This document shows, in pieces, positions 1-15,000 of a stretch of 64,000 nt of DNA (positions are counted from its first letter, which is position 1; each line of letters opens with the position of its first letter). This stretch comes from Catajapyx aquilonaris (Eukaryota). The position numbers were made by a program, and so were the translations under genes. Location: positions 1 through 64,000 of the forward strand of contig JYFJ02001786.1 in NCBI GenBank assembly GCA_000934665.2, given 5' to 3'. Below the pieces are notes generated by a model. The model searched no databases. It was not told where the DNA came from and saw nothing but the letters and a program-made list of their open reading frames with translations.

Positions 1-3000
1 CCCCCAGCCCTATCGGGGAGACCCTTAAAAATATATATGTGCAGTGTTCATGTCGAAATCACTGTCAGAATGAGCATGAAATGGGAGGAACCTGAAGACA
101 CGATGCATCAAATTTTCATATTTCTTTATTTATAAATATCACACCAGTATGTTGAACAAAATAATGTCAGCTCAGATCACTGTCGGTGTCAGGATTAGAA
201 ACCGGACAGTGTCACAAAACGTTTCATAAAAAAAAACAGTGGTCCATCCAGTTTGGTACCTTTTTAAACAACGTGGTTTTGCAACTCCCCAACACTATAC
301 GACTTCCATCAGAAAAGCTTAGATCCCCACCGCTTAGCACAAAGAAGTAATATAAGCGAAGAAATAATTGCTCCTACAAATGTATTAGAAAACGACATAA
401 TTTTTGCAGAGGGTTTCTCTCCACTCGCTCGGAAGTGGAACACTTGACTTTTCCACTCCCAGACCGAATTCCCACGATTAGAACAACCCTGCAAAAACCG
501 AAAATCATTCCAACTGCTCGAAACACTTCTGGCCACACAATGCATCGCAAATGTATAAAACTCGAATTGAAAGTCGTCGGTGTAAAATGGAGAGCAATCG
601 GGTGTCGACGGGGGGTCCCAGGGCAAGAGGACCTCTCTCTAGTAGAAAAGGGGGTAGATGGCAAGGGAGGGCAAATGTCCAGGCAAACCGTCCCGGACCC
701 CGCCTGCACGGCAGTTGACCCGCCAAGACGGGGCGTAAAACCCCCGTGAATAGGAGCTGTCAGGCGGTGACGGCCCCCCATTCCACTCGGGTTTACGGGG
801 TTATAAATAAAGCTAAACGCTTCTCACCCTTCAGGACGGGGCCGTGACGTGTTCATCGCATTCATAGTACCCCCCCTCAACCCCACCCAGACCACTTTTG
901 TTCTTCGCTATTGTCCATCTTGGCGGCTCTCAGAAAAGCCCACCTATATTCCTCCAAAGACAAAAGTCATGGCTCGTCCACCCCTCTATATACCCGAGAG
1001 ACATAGAATGGGGGGGAAAACTAAAATCAAAAGTAACACTGCCGACTGACAAAGACTGCATTTCGGTTCCACTTCATTCTGGTCAGGATTTTCTTTTGGG
1101 CCGCTTCCGCCTTTAGCACTTTTGGATGTTACTTGAAGATTTATGACGTGCACAGTTATGTTATAAAAGCAATTGGTGGAACTTTTCTTCGAGGTCAACC
1201 TTTGTAGAAAAAGAATTTTCACTTTACCCTATCTATCTGCACTCTAACTGAAATGTCCTGTGTAATTTATGTTTTTGGTGTATCAGAGAGTGGGAATGGT
1301 CTGACTCGAGCATTCGGCATGGTCTCTTGGCCCACAGAAAGCGGGGCGTATCTGAACCGATTGCTGACAAATGGCGTGGAGCAGGCACAAACTTACTTTT
1401 GTTGTCTCAGGTTACTCTCTCAATTCCTACGAAACTCATATCACGCTACTCACTTTAGCAAATTCGTCGCCGCAGAGTGAATAGTGGTGCTCGGTGAATG
1501 GTTTTCCTACTCATGCATTTCTAGGGAGGCCTCCATTCTTACCACGTCGTGTTGATTGTTGTTATTTATTTTGCAATAAGAAAGGAGACCCTTTGGCGAA
1601 ACAAAATCACAAGCCCCTGAGTTCTATTCATTATCTTGTGAGTTCCACCCTGATTGTAAATGTCAACCAACTATTACATAATTCTACAAGTGACGGCATG
1701 CCTTTTATTAATCAAAATGATGCATTAATTCCTCTAACCTTAATAAAAATGTATATTGAAAAATAGCCATTTTGAGCCGATTACAAAGGATTCGAGGGTA
1801 CTAATTCAGATATTAATTATTCACGAACCGGTTTTATTATTGGCACCTAATATATTCTAAAACTCTTACACCGTGCCTGATGAAGTTATACTACTGCAAG
1901 ATATCTCTCATCGCACATAAAACCATAATAAAAACCCAACATACGCGATTCACATGTTCAGCAAGCACCATTTTGCATCACAAAATGAAAATTCCACAGT
2001 TTACGTCTCATCCGGAGCCCAGGAGCAACATCGACACTTAAACTCGATCCTCACATGGCCAACAAATCTAACGATAATGAAGGGGGGGAAAGACCAGCAT
2101 CTCGTTATCATCGCCACAAACAAACAGAGCAACACCTCGAAGCAAGGTCATTCACTGTTCCCCATCACCCCCTTATATACCATCCCGCCCCCCTCCACCA
2201 TCCCTCTGACCATATACTTGGACAAGCAACACAAAGGCTCCGGCACAATTCCACTTGCTCACTGCCCACGCCATAAACTTGTATGGCAGGTGATAAAGCT
2301 AGCGCTCATATACGAGTACACATTCCCCTGGCACCTACAAAAAAAAAGACCAAGTTTTTGGGGCTAGGATGCTGTGGATGAGGGAGAAACCACCAGACAC
2401 ACCAGAATAGCCGCCCAGGGTCATTACAACCCAACTTGCCCCGTAGAAATGCACATTCCGGCACTTGTATATGGCTAGGAATAGTATGGGCCTGGAGGGA
2501 TGGCCTCAAACTACGTGGTCAACCGTTTGACCCACCTTCTTGGCTGCTAATGTGCCGTGATGTCATTTAAGGGAGAGAACTTTGTGACCCCTGCTGAATA
2601 GAGCTGGTGGGTGATATTGCCCGACAAGGCCTTTCAGACATTTATGGGCGTACAACTACGGCTTCACGTTTTAAAACGGACGAAGAAAGGCTTCTATAGC
2701 GGTAGTGACATCGTCAAGGACCCAAGTCACTTGTCCGGACAAGAGAGGTCCTGAACTGATCTGTTGGCTCATAACACTGGTTACAAGGGCCATTACAAGA
2801 GGACTGTAAAAGTGAAACAACCGAAACGACACAAATTACTGGGGGGATTGGCGAGGCTTTTATTGGTAGAAGAAATGGCACCAGCAGTGTTTGGACAGGA
2901 CAAAGCTAGAGAGGCGCTGTCTCGTGGCTTTATTCTCACAGAGGTTGTACCGAAGCAAATAAATAGTTTTTCAAGTGCTTCACACACAATGAGCTGTACT

Positions 3001-6000
3001 GAAAAGCCAGCCAATTAAAAACGGATTTACCTGCGAAGCTTATACAAGTTATTGTATCATACAGGAAAGGGGATTTACGTCAACGTAATCAGGGAAAATG
3101 CTCCAAAGTCGTATTGATCCTGATATTTAGATTTCCTGTTACACGAGAGAGACGCGTGGGTGGCACTTAATAATCAGGATAAGGTCCAATTTATTCATAT
3201 TTATCCTCGTATATATACTGCCGGTTAAACAAGGGAGGTGCATTGGTGGCTCTGAACAGTCAGGAAAAATATGAAGTCAAAGTTGCAAACATCAACGAAA
3301 AAGAGCAGTTGTCATTGTTGTTGTTTATTCATTAATCATTGTCGTTGTTATTCTTACACAGACGAGTAGTACACAGGGGTGATGAGAAAGGTTCAGTTGC
3401 ATTTCCTCTCAGATTAGGTTCCTCCAGATTAGGTAATAAGACATGCTGCAGCATGACTAGCTGAAATTTCCTTATTGGTTACAAGTTTGCTTACAATATG
3501 TCCTATACTTTTCTCCATCAGGCAAATATCACTTTGCATTTAAAAGCTATTTCATTTTTCATGATTGGTTTCCTACTTTTGTAAAACTTTGTATAAATGG
3601 TATAGGGCCCGATGTATGTAGGGCCCAAGTTACTTAACTCGCCACATCCAAAAATAACATTGATGGCCCATTCTGATACTGCCCGCAATTTGTTTCGCAC
3701 AATGAGCTGGTGACCTCAAAATAACCGTCGATCTAACTTTCACACATGTTCAGTTTTGGCGCAATTTTTATAGTTTGTGGCAGATCAAACTTTGAAATCT
3801 GACATAACTTTCAGACTTTACTACTTGCAATAGGTGTTTGTATACTCACTGAACAATTTCTATTGATATACGCATTATATTTTATGACAAACACATGACA
3901 GTTTTCTGGACTGTGGGAAATCTGACATGAAATACAGACATGATTAACAATAAACCCTCTTGCTTAATATTTCCATTCAATTAAACTGCATGACACCTTC
4001 GCCAGCACCTTTCACCCGTTGGAAGCTTCAAATGCTGCGACCTCATTGAGCTGATAAGGACATCTTTTCAACAGGGAGCCAGATCAGAAAATGCAGTTGA
4101 GCCAACCCTTATTTTTGCAAGGCAGTGTTGGCGGTGAGAAGCAGCAATGAGTAGCCGTCCTTTAGCATGACTCGTCATCCGACTGCCGTCCTAATCAAGT
4201 CGCCTCTTCCATCGCAAAACAAAACGGGGAGGATGGCGGGAGGGCATGGAAAAAATACAAAACACAAAAGAGAGGAGCAGCAATGGGACGGGGCTAATCC
4301 CCGACGTGTCTATCAAGGCAAGACAGGTGTAGCAAGCAATTTCCTGCTCACGGGGACGACATTCCACTCAGCCGCCATTGTCCGGACCGTTCCTCAGGAA
4401 CAAAAGAAATCCTTACAAGGGAGCAGCTACAAGAAAATCTGTGGAAAGAGAATGAAGAGGAGCTTTCGGTCAGCGTCCGAAAAGACGGCTGCTGGACTTT
4501 TTCCACGGCAGAGAGTGTGTGTATATTGTGTGGCCGATTTCAAACGCAGCCTGTGTCAGATTCGGCTTCGTCATTCCGCTTGGATCATGGCGAATGGTGA
4601 GAGATGCGCTGATTGGCCATGCCCCTCAGATCCCAACAGCAGGCCCAATTGTTTCCGACTCGGAGGATCCTTCTCTGTTTCCCAAAGCTACACACCCTGG
4701 CACCTTATTCCATCGCAAGTACTGGAGAAACGTCTGAACAAAGGGGGGCTAAGGTCTGAGGCTTTCGTCTTTACAACTACTACATCCTAATGACATCAAG
4801 TGGCCCTAACACTCAAGGCCTTGGTACCCATCGAAACAATAGGAACCATTGGAATACGATTGCTATACAAGCGACTGTAACGAATAAGCTCAAAAGCTGA
4901 AAAGTCCTTCCTCGAAGCGCACACTTTTATGGGGGCTCGTGTCGAATAGCGGATGAGGGCAACGTGCACTGTACCATACAAATAGGCCTGCAACTGGAGG
5001 ACACTGGAGCTGTTAGAGTAATGAGCCACCATTCTTTCGTCTGAAGAAACACCACCTTCCTCACATGGAGGTGCGGAATTTCGGCAGCGTTTGCTAATGA
5101 GTCGCGTAGGCCAAAGAGGTCGAGGCCGTTTTGCGAAAAAGGAATCGTGAGCACACGACTGTGAATTCTCGGAGGCTTCGTGGTCTAGCACCGGTTTCTT
5201 GTCAGGAGAGCCTGAACCGCCGTCTTGTATGGTCACCGGATGTCCACTTCATTTGACCTGCACAGACCCATTGAGCGTGTCCTGACCCCTGCTGGTCATC
5301 CGTGTCAGATTCCTTTCTGAGCAAGCACAATGGGTGATGGACTGCTCTTTGACGGTGGGTGTTTCACGGATGACTAGACACGTTCCTGAAAAACCCTCCA
5401 AAAAACGACGTTGATTATGGTTTGGAAAACAATCCACGAATTGACTAAATGCCTGCAGTAACACCCTCTATAACTCGAACGGGCATTTTACACGTGTTCC
5501 GTTGGGGTTTACAGCTCTTGTCTTCTCGCCCCTTATCCCTTCAAAGGGCAATTCAAACAAATTACCCTACAACCATAAATTCCTTGAAAGGCCCCGATTC
5601 CGTGAGGTTGAAGGTGGGGTTTAGTGGGGTTGATGGGGTTGGCCAAGCACAGACGGCAACACTGTCCTTCCCACCTTTTCATTCAAGGATGGATTTCTCC
5701 CTTGCTCTTTCCTAGGAGAGATTACCCATCCAGTGGTGGCCTACAAGGAAGAAACACCTGGCCCTCTTCTTCTCTTTGGCCCCCTCTTCTCTATGCCATT
5801 GAGAAAGCCTGTGTCACCTTCACAAAGAGATCCGCCCCGGCTTTGCCATCCCTTTTTGCCCTGGCTGCAGTCAAGACCTCAATGTGCCCTTTCTTCCCCG
5901 GATTATCTCTAATGGTCACTCGCCACTGGAGGCCTGGAGCACACAACAAACTCCAGCCAGGGCAAACCCAGTTGACAAATTCGGAGACAAGCAGCGGGGC

Positions 6001-9000
6001 TTGCTGAGCTTTGGCAACGGCGTTTCTCAAAGGCCACTCCCAGACTGCTTGTCGCCCAGGCAGCCTAAAACCATCTGATGCATTCCAATGCACCATCTTT
6101 TTGGTGCAACAGACATGAAGGGCTTTATCTGGATGGGGCATCTATCTGTCCGGCTTTATCCAGCCGCTAAAGGAACGGGACAAAAAGACCGCTCATTCTG
6201 ACGCCCGCTTCTTAAAGGATGAAAGAAAACAAGAAGAAAAATAGGAGGGAACCCTGCCCATACCTTCCATTATTTATTGTGGGTTTTAGAAAAAAGGTTC
6301 TCATTAGCATCTCAAGTTTTTCCCGGACAATTTATAATATTATGTGAATATACCCTAGCAATTTTCAAGACCCTGAGGGCTTCCGGCAATAACTACTCCA
6401 GAACACTTCCGAAACTCTGATTAAATTTAAGCACTATTTTTGTGGAAGGCTCATAAAGTCATCAAATGCATTAATTGATTTACAGCTGGACTATTAATAA
6501 CACAAGTTACGACTCACTTCCAGCTGGTCCTATGCAACAAGTATATCGATTACAGATTTGTTGTCGGATACACCGTACTTGAGCCATAAAGAAATTATCG
6601 CCGCCTGGTTCCGCTCTCTATTCCAGATGATCTACCCTCCCCTGGAGACCTAAGGGTCAGACGACCAATGATGATAATTGGGGTTAATCCAACAAAGCCG
6701 ACCAAGATGTGTACTAGACGTGTGCCAGCAGCTGGTCCAGAGATGAAGGGGGGTATTAGATTTGGGGGAAGAGAATAGATGAGTAAGGGGAGTCACTATC
6801 CAACCAACCACAATGGGACCTGGACGCCCTTAATGCGTGTCAGCGCGAGTCGCCCCATTGTTCCGCAACAACAGGCAGATTATCCCGCTGCAACAAAGCC
6901 CCGTGAGGTTCCTGCCAGAGCCAATCAGAGTCCCGACTCTCCCTTTTTTTATTATTAACCAGGGAATCCCCCCCTACCCCCACCCCAATTGTCGCCGGCT
7001 CCAATTGTCATCCTGTGACGTGGAGGACCCTCTCTCAAACATGGCCGGCGTCCTATCCCTTTCAAAAGCCAGGTCCAGATGAGTAGTCTTCCTCATTCAC
7101 CTTGTTTAGTAAGAGGAGGAGATTTGGGGGGGGGGGTGGATATATAACTATAGGGAGGGTAGGACATTAATGCCCTACATTGACGAGGCCGAGTGTTATG
7201 GGTCCGGGTTTTCACCCCCACCCCTCCACATACACACCCCTTGTTACCCCCTCTCTATAAACCCCGCCAGGCATGAAGTTTGTAACCAATCAAGCGAATT
7301 GCCCGTGAAATCGGTCCACGTCATAAGCCGCGGTATTATGGAGAGGCGATTGGAGCTGGGGATGGAATGGGATGATTCTGACAGCATCTGCTAAAGGGGG
7401 ATGGAATACAGCCACCTAGGCTTGGAATTATTACGCCACATTACCAAACCGTTTTTTTTTTGTTGCAAATCATATGGGATTACCGATTTGTATATGCACA
7501 CTCGAAATGTCAAACCCTCCATATGATGGTTACATGTATCCAACAATTTGTCTCGTGTTATTAGCTTTGACGCGAGCACTATGCCGACGACATTAATTCC
7601 ATCCCTTGACGTCGACGCACGTGGCACCAGCCAAAGAGTGACAGCTATTCGCCTCGTTAATTGTGCCAAGCCTGTTCCTCATTGTGCGATGTTGATGGGC
7701 TCTTTCGGGAAAATCAATCAAGCTCACCCTGAACCAATGACGCTTCTAAGAGGGACACGTTACACGTCCTTGCCACAATTGACGTTATTAATGTACCAAA
7801 ATATTGTGTCCAACACGTGATATTCCCAGCACATCACGCATTTCTTCCAAACGCTTTAAAGAGCACTTAAAACCCCCACAAAGGGCCGCCCCTCTTCAGG
7901 ATGACTCCGTAAAACACGTCCAAAACCGGTATTCCATACCTCCCACCTGCAACATACCTGGTCGTGGCAGGTATGCGCTAGGAATTCCAAAGACACATGC
8001 CCTCCCCCACACACCTTCACCTTCTTCTCCCCCATCCACCCATGGGATGAATACGACATAATAAAATTATAACGACCAAGCCCTAGAGTGATTACAACGC
8101 CTGCATGAGCAAGGATCTTCGCCTCCTTTTTTATTATTATTTTCTTTAAATTTTTTTATTCCCCTTACCAGACTTTTCACTCACTGATTATCGCACCATA
8201 AAACTTGATTTGGAGTACAAAAGCGGTCCACTTCAACCGCTCAGGTCCCTATTCCTTCAACGCCGCCGCTTCTCGGTAGCACCGCTTCATTTCCAACACA
8301 CGAGACAAAGGCTTCATAACAGACTTGTTTATCACGTCTTACTTGGGAACATGGCCGGTACAGGGTTCAATGCCAGGACCGGAGGGGCTGTGGTTTATTG
8401 TCGGACTCGGGGCATCGATCTGTATCGGCCGATTAGCCATCCCTAGCCTGGGAGCATAATTTGACGCTTCTCTAATTAGCAAGCTCGGTAGCCATGAAAA
8501 ACAAGCCTAGCCGTTTTTTTTCAATTTGTCTTTTAGGAAGGCCATCCCCAGGAGGGCCATCAGTCCCAACGTCCTTCCTGCAGACGCCAAGCCGACTGGT
8601 CCTACCTAGGCCTGAAACGTGACAACCTTTCTTATTCTTTTTTTATTCTTCCTCTATCCCCCCCTATTTCAAAATGGCCTTCCCTCGACTCCTCCCCAAC
8701 CTTTTCTCATTCCTGACCACCGGCTCTGCTTGGGGCAGAGGTGAAACATTCCAAAGTCTGTGAGGAATCTTTCCCAAAAGGCTCCGGCAGTCACAGGTGC
8801 GAGGGACTCTCATTCATATAGCGGGGGTTAAAATTAGGGCCCTTTGTCAGTGACCTCCCTTGATGCAGTGGTTTTGAGGCCACACCATGCTTTTCCGGTC
8901 GCATTTTTGTCTGGAACACAAAAGCGGCTTGCTGGTTTATGAATACTAAGACATATGGGTGACATTTAAGATATAATGTGGGGTTGTGTGAATTGGTGTT

Positions 9001-12000
9001 GGATGGTGAATTTTTTTTGTGTGAATGTCTCGTTTGGTGTTGGGCGGTTAGATTTATTGTACAAATGTATCGTTTGGTGTCAACTGAAGACACACCTTTT
9101 TCTCTTCATTTAGGCCTGATCCCATTTTTTGATAAGTTAGTTTCCGGTGCAAGTACATAATTTTACGTGTAGGTCAACTATCAGTATTCTGGCTGGGGTT
9201 CCTGTGAAAAGCACAACGACGAATTGCTGCAGGCCAGTATTTCTAGGTGCATCAGCCAGTAGATAGAGAGGAGTGATTGTGGGTCGGGTAAATGGCAGCA
9301 GGGCGCGCAACTGTGCCGCGACTCAATGACGTGTAATGTGTGCCCCCACACCTGAATGACTAGCAAATTTCCTGCGGTCCCAAAGGCTCATCAGTTAACG
9401 AGGCTCAATTGTCCCAAGCAGCGTGATACTGTTCTAGCTCCCCCCGTTTGGACAAACAGCCCGAGTTTTGCTCTCGGGGGTCCGTCCCCTCTCTACTACC
9501 CCAGCCACATCCTATCACCAGAATCGAAACAAGTGTTGCCTCCCGGGCTGTACCACGGCCCGCCAACAAGGACAAGAAGCTATTTAGATGACCACGATAT
9601 GGAGGCTCGCCACAACTCTTCTTTCCATCGACTTCCCCTCCTCTACAAAACAACCGGGTCGTAAAACCCTCCTGACCGCATAGTAAAATTAGCAAGAGGT
9701 CCCCCTTCAAAATCGGTCAAGCAGAAAGAACTGATCTGCACACCAGAGAAAAACCCTGCCAAAAGCTGTAGGAATGAGGTGTGGAAAAAATGCAATCTTC
9801 TCACACAGGGCAGAGGACTGAAAGGAAACATCTCGCACACAAATACCCCCGTTCTTTAGGGTTCAGTGTGAGATTCTTCGGGAAAGCTTCCCCCTCGACA
9901 CCTTCAAATCAGATTGAACTTCCCAGAGCCGCCTATGGACCAATTCAACTGTGATGGATAAGGCGCCAAAGCTCCATCATTGATCGCCTAAAAACCCACC
10001 GCGCTTTTCTTCTTTTCAATATGTTTTTTTTTTTTTGCATTCTTCTTGTTACACTACTGACAGGAGGTCTGTGTGACCGGGTCATAAGAGTTTGCATGAG
10101 AAAATTGGTGTCACATTTTATTCCGGTAGATCGATATGTAAATTAGAGAGTAAACCATACATTACATGGCGACTATATGGCGGCCATGTACACATGTAAC
10201 TGATTGTGTTGCTGTTATTCACGGAAGTGTTTGCAAATTTCTTTTCAGTCCCAAAGACGAGTGTGTTACGTGCGCACAGTTACATATTTCAATACATCAC
10301 ACTGGTCCATTATTCCAACTGCGGAAGCACCTGCTACACTCCGATACACCATTTGCGGTATGATGTCGATCATTACCTCATAGTTATGGGTAAACAAGTG
10401 GTGGTCATAAATTATCTCATTGTATTCTGATTTACTAAGGCGCAGTTTGCAAAACGCCAGTCCGCCCTGCCAAACTGATTCGATCCTTTTGTGGTATCTT
10501 GAGTGGCATTTATTTATTCATCCACAATTCGCCTATGGCTACCGCTAGTCCCACAAAGGCCCACCGCAACCCGTCACACCAAGCAATTAACCAGGCTCAG
10601 AATGAAGAGAAAAAAACGGTAGCATAATTCTTATCCCAACACCCTGACCTAACCAGAAAGCAACGCCCAGATCCATCCAGGTCTCAATTCTTCCTTTTAA
10701 AAAATTCCTCTGTACATATTCACATAACACACCCAACCCCCATTCCAGCCCTTTTCAGGTGAGAGTGGCCGCCAACCCCCAACCGAGTCAAACTGGCCAG
10801 ACTCCGCCATAGTTCACACCTCGCGCTATTCATCCATCACGCCTCCTGCTGCTGCCTGCCGGTCGCCCTGTGAAATATTGACACCGGTCTATTCAATTAT
10901 GGTAGGAGGGGATGGGGTGGAAAAAGTCGGGGTTGGAAACAAATGGGGGGGGATCATGGTGGATGGCAGTATGGGAGTTGTTTATCGATGCCTTTTTGGG
11001 GTCCGGCCCGAAGGAATTTCCTGTCCTTCTCTTGGGGCGTCATGCTGTCTGGCCCAAGAGAAGGGATCCCATGGTGCAGGTGGGGTTGACGTTCTCTTTT
11101 TTTTTCATTGCCCAAGGCGAGTTCCAGAGACACTCAAAATACCACCTGTGACCTCGGAGTCAGATTCACTCACGAACAACACTTGAAAAGAGCGGCTAGC
11201 AAATCTTGGAATGTCACATTTGCGTAATGCACTGCTTTTGAAAAGAGGCAGCCAGCATGGCCGACTGAGAATCTGGGGCCACAGTTCATTTCGAGGCCGT
11301 GAAAGCATATTTTAGAAGACTCCCTCGGATAATAATGCCATCATCATTACATCCATATTCATCCGGTTCCAACAGATCGTTCTTTCAACAATTGGAAGGC
11401 ATAATGCTGGCCCATCTCTCTAACAATCAGCTTAAAGGAGCAAATTCTCCTGGTGTCGTTATGGAAGCGAGTTTGTTCCGCACAATAGAGTTGGGAAATG
11501 GATCCTAGCAGGGGTCTGACTAATTCTCCCCATCTGATTATATGCACCCCCTCCAATGTGCTGGGTTGGCGGGGCCCCCGAGTTACGCTTAAGCTAACCC
11601 GTCTTGTGTACCCATCTCATTCGCTCGGCCCAGAGACACCAGGATGCTTTTGGACTGATGTTTGCGCAGGTCGACCCTCCTCAGCTACTCATGATCGCCT
11701 ACTAACCATCTTAAGTGCCCTACTGTTTGTTAACCCTCAGGCACATACGCACTTTTTTTTAAACGCACGAAACAATCGTACACTTACTGAAAATTAATGG
11801 TGCGATTCCAAAAGTGCGGTGCAAACATGGGGAATGAATAAGCCAATAGCCAACTATTGTCCGGGACACTTTCGGACGCCACCAACGCCTCTTCTGGGAA
11901 AGACTCTTCTCGCCTCTCCTGAGCAGGAGGAGAGGCGAGAAGAGAGAACAAATCCGCAGAGCCCTCTTCTTCCTGACAGCCTTCATAAAGCCGACTCCAT

Positions 12001-15000
12001 TAGCTAAATCTTTTCACTTCTCAATCATCCCTCGCAGATCCCCCTCCTCTCCCCGATTTCCTCCCCAGCCTTTCCTGCCCCGCTCTGAATTGGCCCTCGA
12101 CGTTCGGGGAGCTGATAAGCGGGCAACCTTTCCCGACAACTACAAGTAGTCCGATTGTGCTTCCCGCCACAAAGGGTGTCAAAACCAAACCCGGGTTAAG
12201 AAGTCCAAGAACAGGAGGGGAGGGGCAGTCTTTGGTGGCGGACAACGTTCGCGGTTTCTGTCGGTTGATATAGGTTCAAGATTGAGGTATGTAGCTTCTG
12301 GTTGGGTAATATCCGGGGTAATGGAGGTGTGAAGACAGAAGTGCTAACAGTTCTTAAGAAGTGACGATTTGTTGTTGGAAAAAGGAGGCGAGAAAAATCC
12401 TCTCCTTCTGGCACTTTTTTGAGGAAGAATTGGGAGAATGAGTATAGGGATGGGGCTTTTGTTGGGAAGGCTTTGGAGGCACAAGCCCGCTTTTCTGTGC
12501 CAGGGGCAATGGAACATGCTGCATGGGGCTTGGCAAAAGGACAACAACTACGGACACTCTTGGGGAGTGCTAATATTTGGCTGCCTTGGTGAAGCTCACA
12601 AGAGAAAAATGGATCTGACAAAATAATGCGATTATAAGAATGCCAATAACACGCCTGACGCTAATGCGTTGGAGATATCAGATGATGTGGTAAAGAAACT
12701 TACTGAATGCCACAAGGCCCTGGCATTATAATTAAGCGCATTTGCACATACTTGGACTGAACCACGCAATAGAAATATTTAAAAGAAGTGCACGTGTACG
12801 ACGCATGTTAGCGGTTTTGCGCCTCCAGTGTGCCGGGTACTGCATGCAGATAAAATCTTCAGAGTGCGTGCAGCAGGCTACGTCTATGCTCCAATGCCAG
12901 ATGTCTATTGTTACATTTTCTGCCGTTATACTTTACAAGGTAGATAACGGCACCGAATGCCTTTGCTGCCATTCCGCATGAATAAAACGCGTTGATTGTC
13001 ATGTAGAAATTTCTGGTCCTTTCTATGTGAAATAAGACTTTCCGGCAGACAGTATAATGCAACAAGACAACCTTGCTTTTTGTGAGTGGATAAGGCCCCC
13101 TTCTATAGCTTACTAAATCTATGCCGTTTGTTTTCACCACAACCAACAACTAGTTAATTAACCTCAATAAGCAACAAGTCTTAAGATCGACTGCAGCACA
13201 AAACATCATTTCTGGAGAATGATGACTCCGCTATTGCTTCAACATTTACCAGGAAAGGTAAACCCCTCGCTTCTCCTCCTTACAATTCCTGGTCCCTCCT
13301 GCTGTATAGGTGAAAACCGCGCATCTGTGTCCTATGCCATCGACGCGAATGTTCCGCGGGCACAAAGGAAATCCCTGCTGAACAAAAGCCTACCGAACAA
13401 TAGCTGATTTGGTTCACATCCAGTGTGTTATAGGTGGCAGAGTCACTGCTTGACAACGATCAATTAATTCTAATAGAACACTGGCTACCGTTTTCACTCC
13501 CCCTTTCCATAATAATAGGCCTTCACTTTTCCTTCAGCTATGACGTAGCAGTATTTCGCGCCTATTTTTATACACACGACAGGTATTGTACGCAAGTGTG
13601 CAATTCATGCTTTGAATGCAAATAAAAAATGCTTCTTGGAATTTCAGAATTCACATATTTTGTGAATTCAACTATGCAGGTCTATGTAGGGAGAAAGATA
13701 ATGACTCCCATCCTATGGTCGCGATAATCGAATTATTCTAGAAAGGTGTGGGAAATAATCCATCTCACCTGCCCACTCCCCCCAACACAAGGCATGTTTT
13801 GGAAAGGGAAAAAAAAAGTCCCAGGGCCTGCACCTTCTTTTCTGAATAGGAACCCACCTCCTGCTTTATTTGGCAATGTAACCATCCTCCATCATCTGGT
13901 CCAAATCTGGTCGGAAAGAGGGCTGAACCACCTCTTCTTTTTATTATTATTTTTTCTCCAAGCAAGGGGAGAGGGCCTCCTACCACTCTCCCCCCATCTT
14001 CCAAAAATCCCCCCCCCCCCTTCTCACTTGGAACCTTTCACGCCAGATGAATACAGGGATGAACGTGGATGTCTGCTCCTGACGGGTCTCTGCCAATGTT
14101 CTATTCAAAAAGCCGCACTTGGATCGGGAAACGAAGATCCACGGACTCGCTTTTCCCCTCCTCTCCCCTGCTCCCATCACCTTTCCTGTGCCTCAAACAA
14201 ATCCCTATCGTCGACAAAAGTCAAAGCCAGATAGTAGAAGGGACCTAAACCGCCATTCAAGACCACATTGGGCTCCTAGTTTTCCACATCTGCATGGGGC
14301 CCCCTCAAAGTCAACCCAAGGTGCCACATTTCGATTGTTAAAATATGGGAGGAAGTAGAAGCGAAGCACAAGAAGTGTGAGAGGGTACAAGATGAAATCG
14401 CTGATTGGTATTGGGGTTCAATTATCAATTATTCTACCAGGCAATTTCTGTTGGAGTAATGGAGGAAGCCAGCCTATTAGGGGTTGACAACACTGCCGGT
14501 GAATATTGGGTCTGTGGCAAGGTGAAAAAGGGAATGGTGTGCCTGCACCCAGCCTGAACAATGCTCGATTGTTGCTTCGTCTCACGCTCTCTATCGAATT
14601 GTGCGTATGCAAAGTTCACTCCGCTTCCAAGAGGTGGCGACAATACTGGCACTATTGTCGCACATTGAGCGGTCGGTCTCAAAAGAAACTTCTCATTTAC
14701 TTCTTCCACCTCCACAAGCCTCGCATTGCATCCTCTTTCAATACGTCAATAAGCAATCAGTGTTCTTGAGCTCCCAACCCCCTTCCATTATTATACCTCT
14801 GCAACAATGGGTCACCATCCTGCAAGCAAGTTTCTTCTCCAGGTCCGCCGCTGTGGGTTTCATGTCTGCGGCAAGTACTTTTCAATTTGGTCCAGTGTAA
14901 CTGACACCCTCTCATTAATGGCGCCATGATTGAGTGCATTCACAGAGAAATCTGATAGACCCCTCTGCTAACCCCCTAGCGGTCCCCTTCCTCTTTTCAG

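Noticed and set aside
3520..3900. AT-rich blocks that look like decayed DNA-transposon interiors (also about 24780-25050, 40790-41100, 62530-62820)
   Set aside because: I could not identify terminal inverted repeats, TSDs or coding remnants by eye. A repeat-library search is needed.
4167..4790. 207-aa ORF
   Set aside because: No recognisable domain, codon bias or splice context. Its composition looks like translated non-coding DNA.
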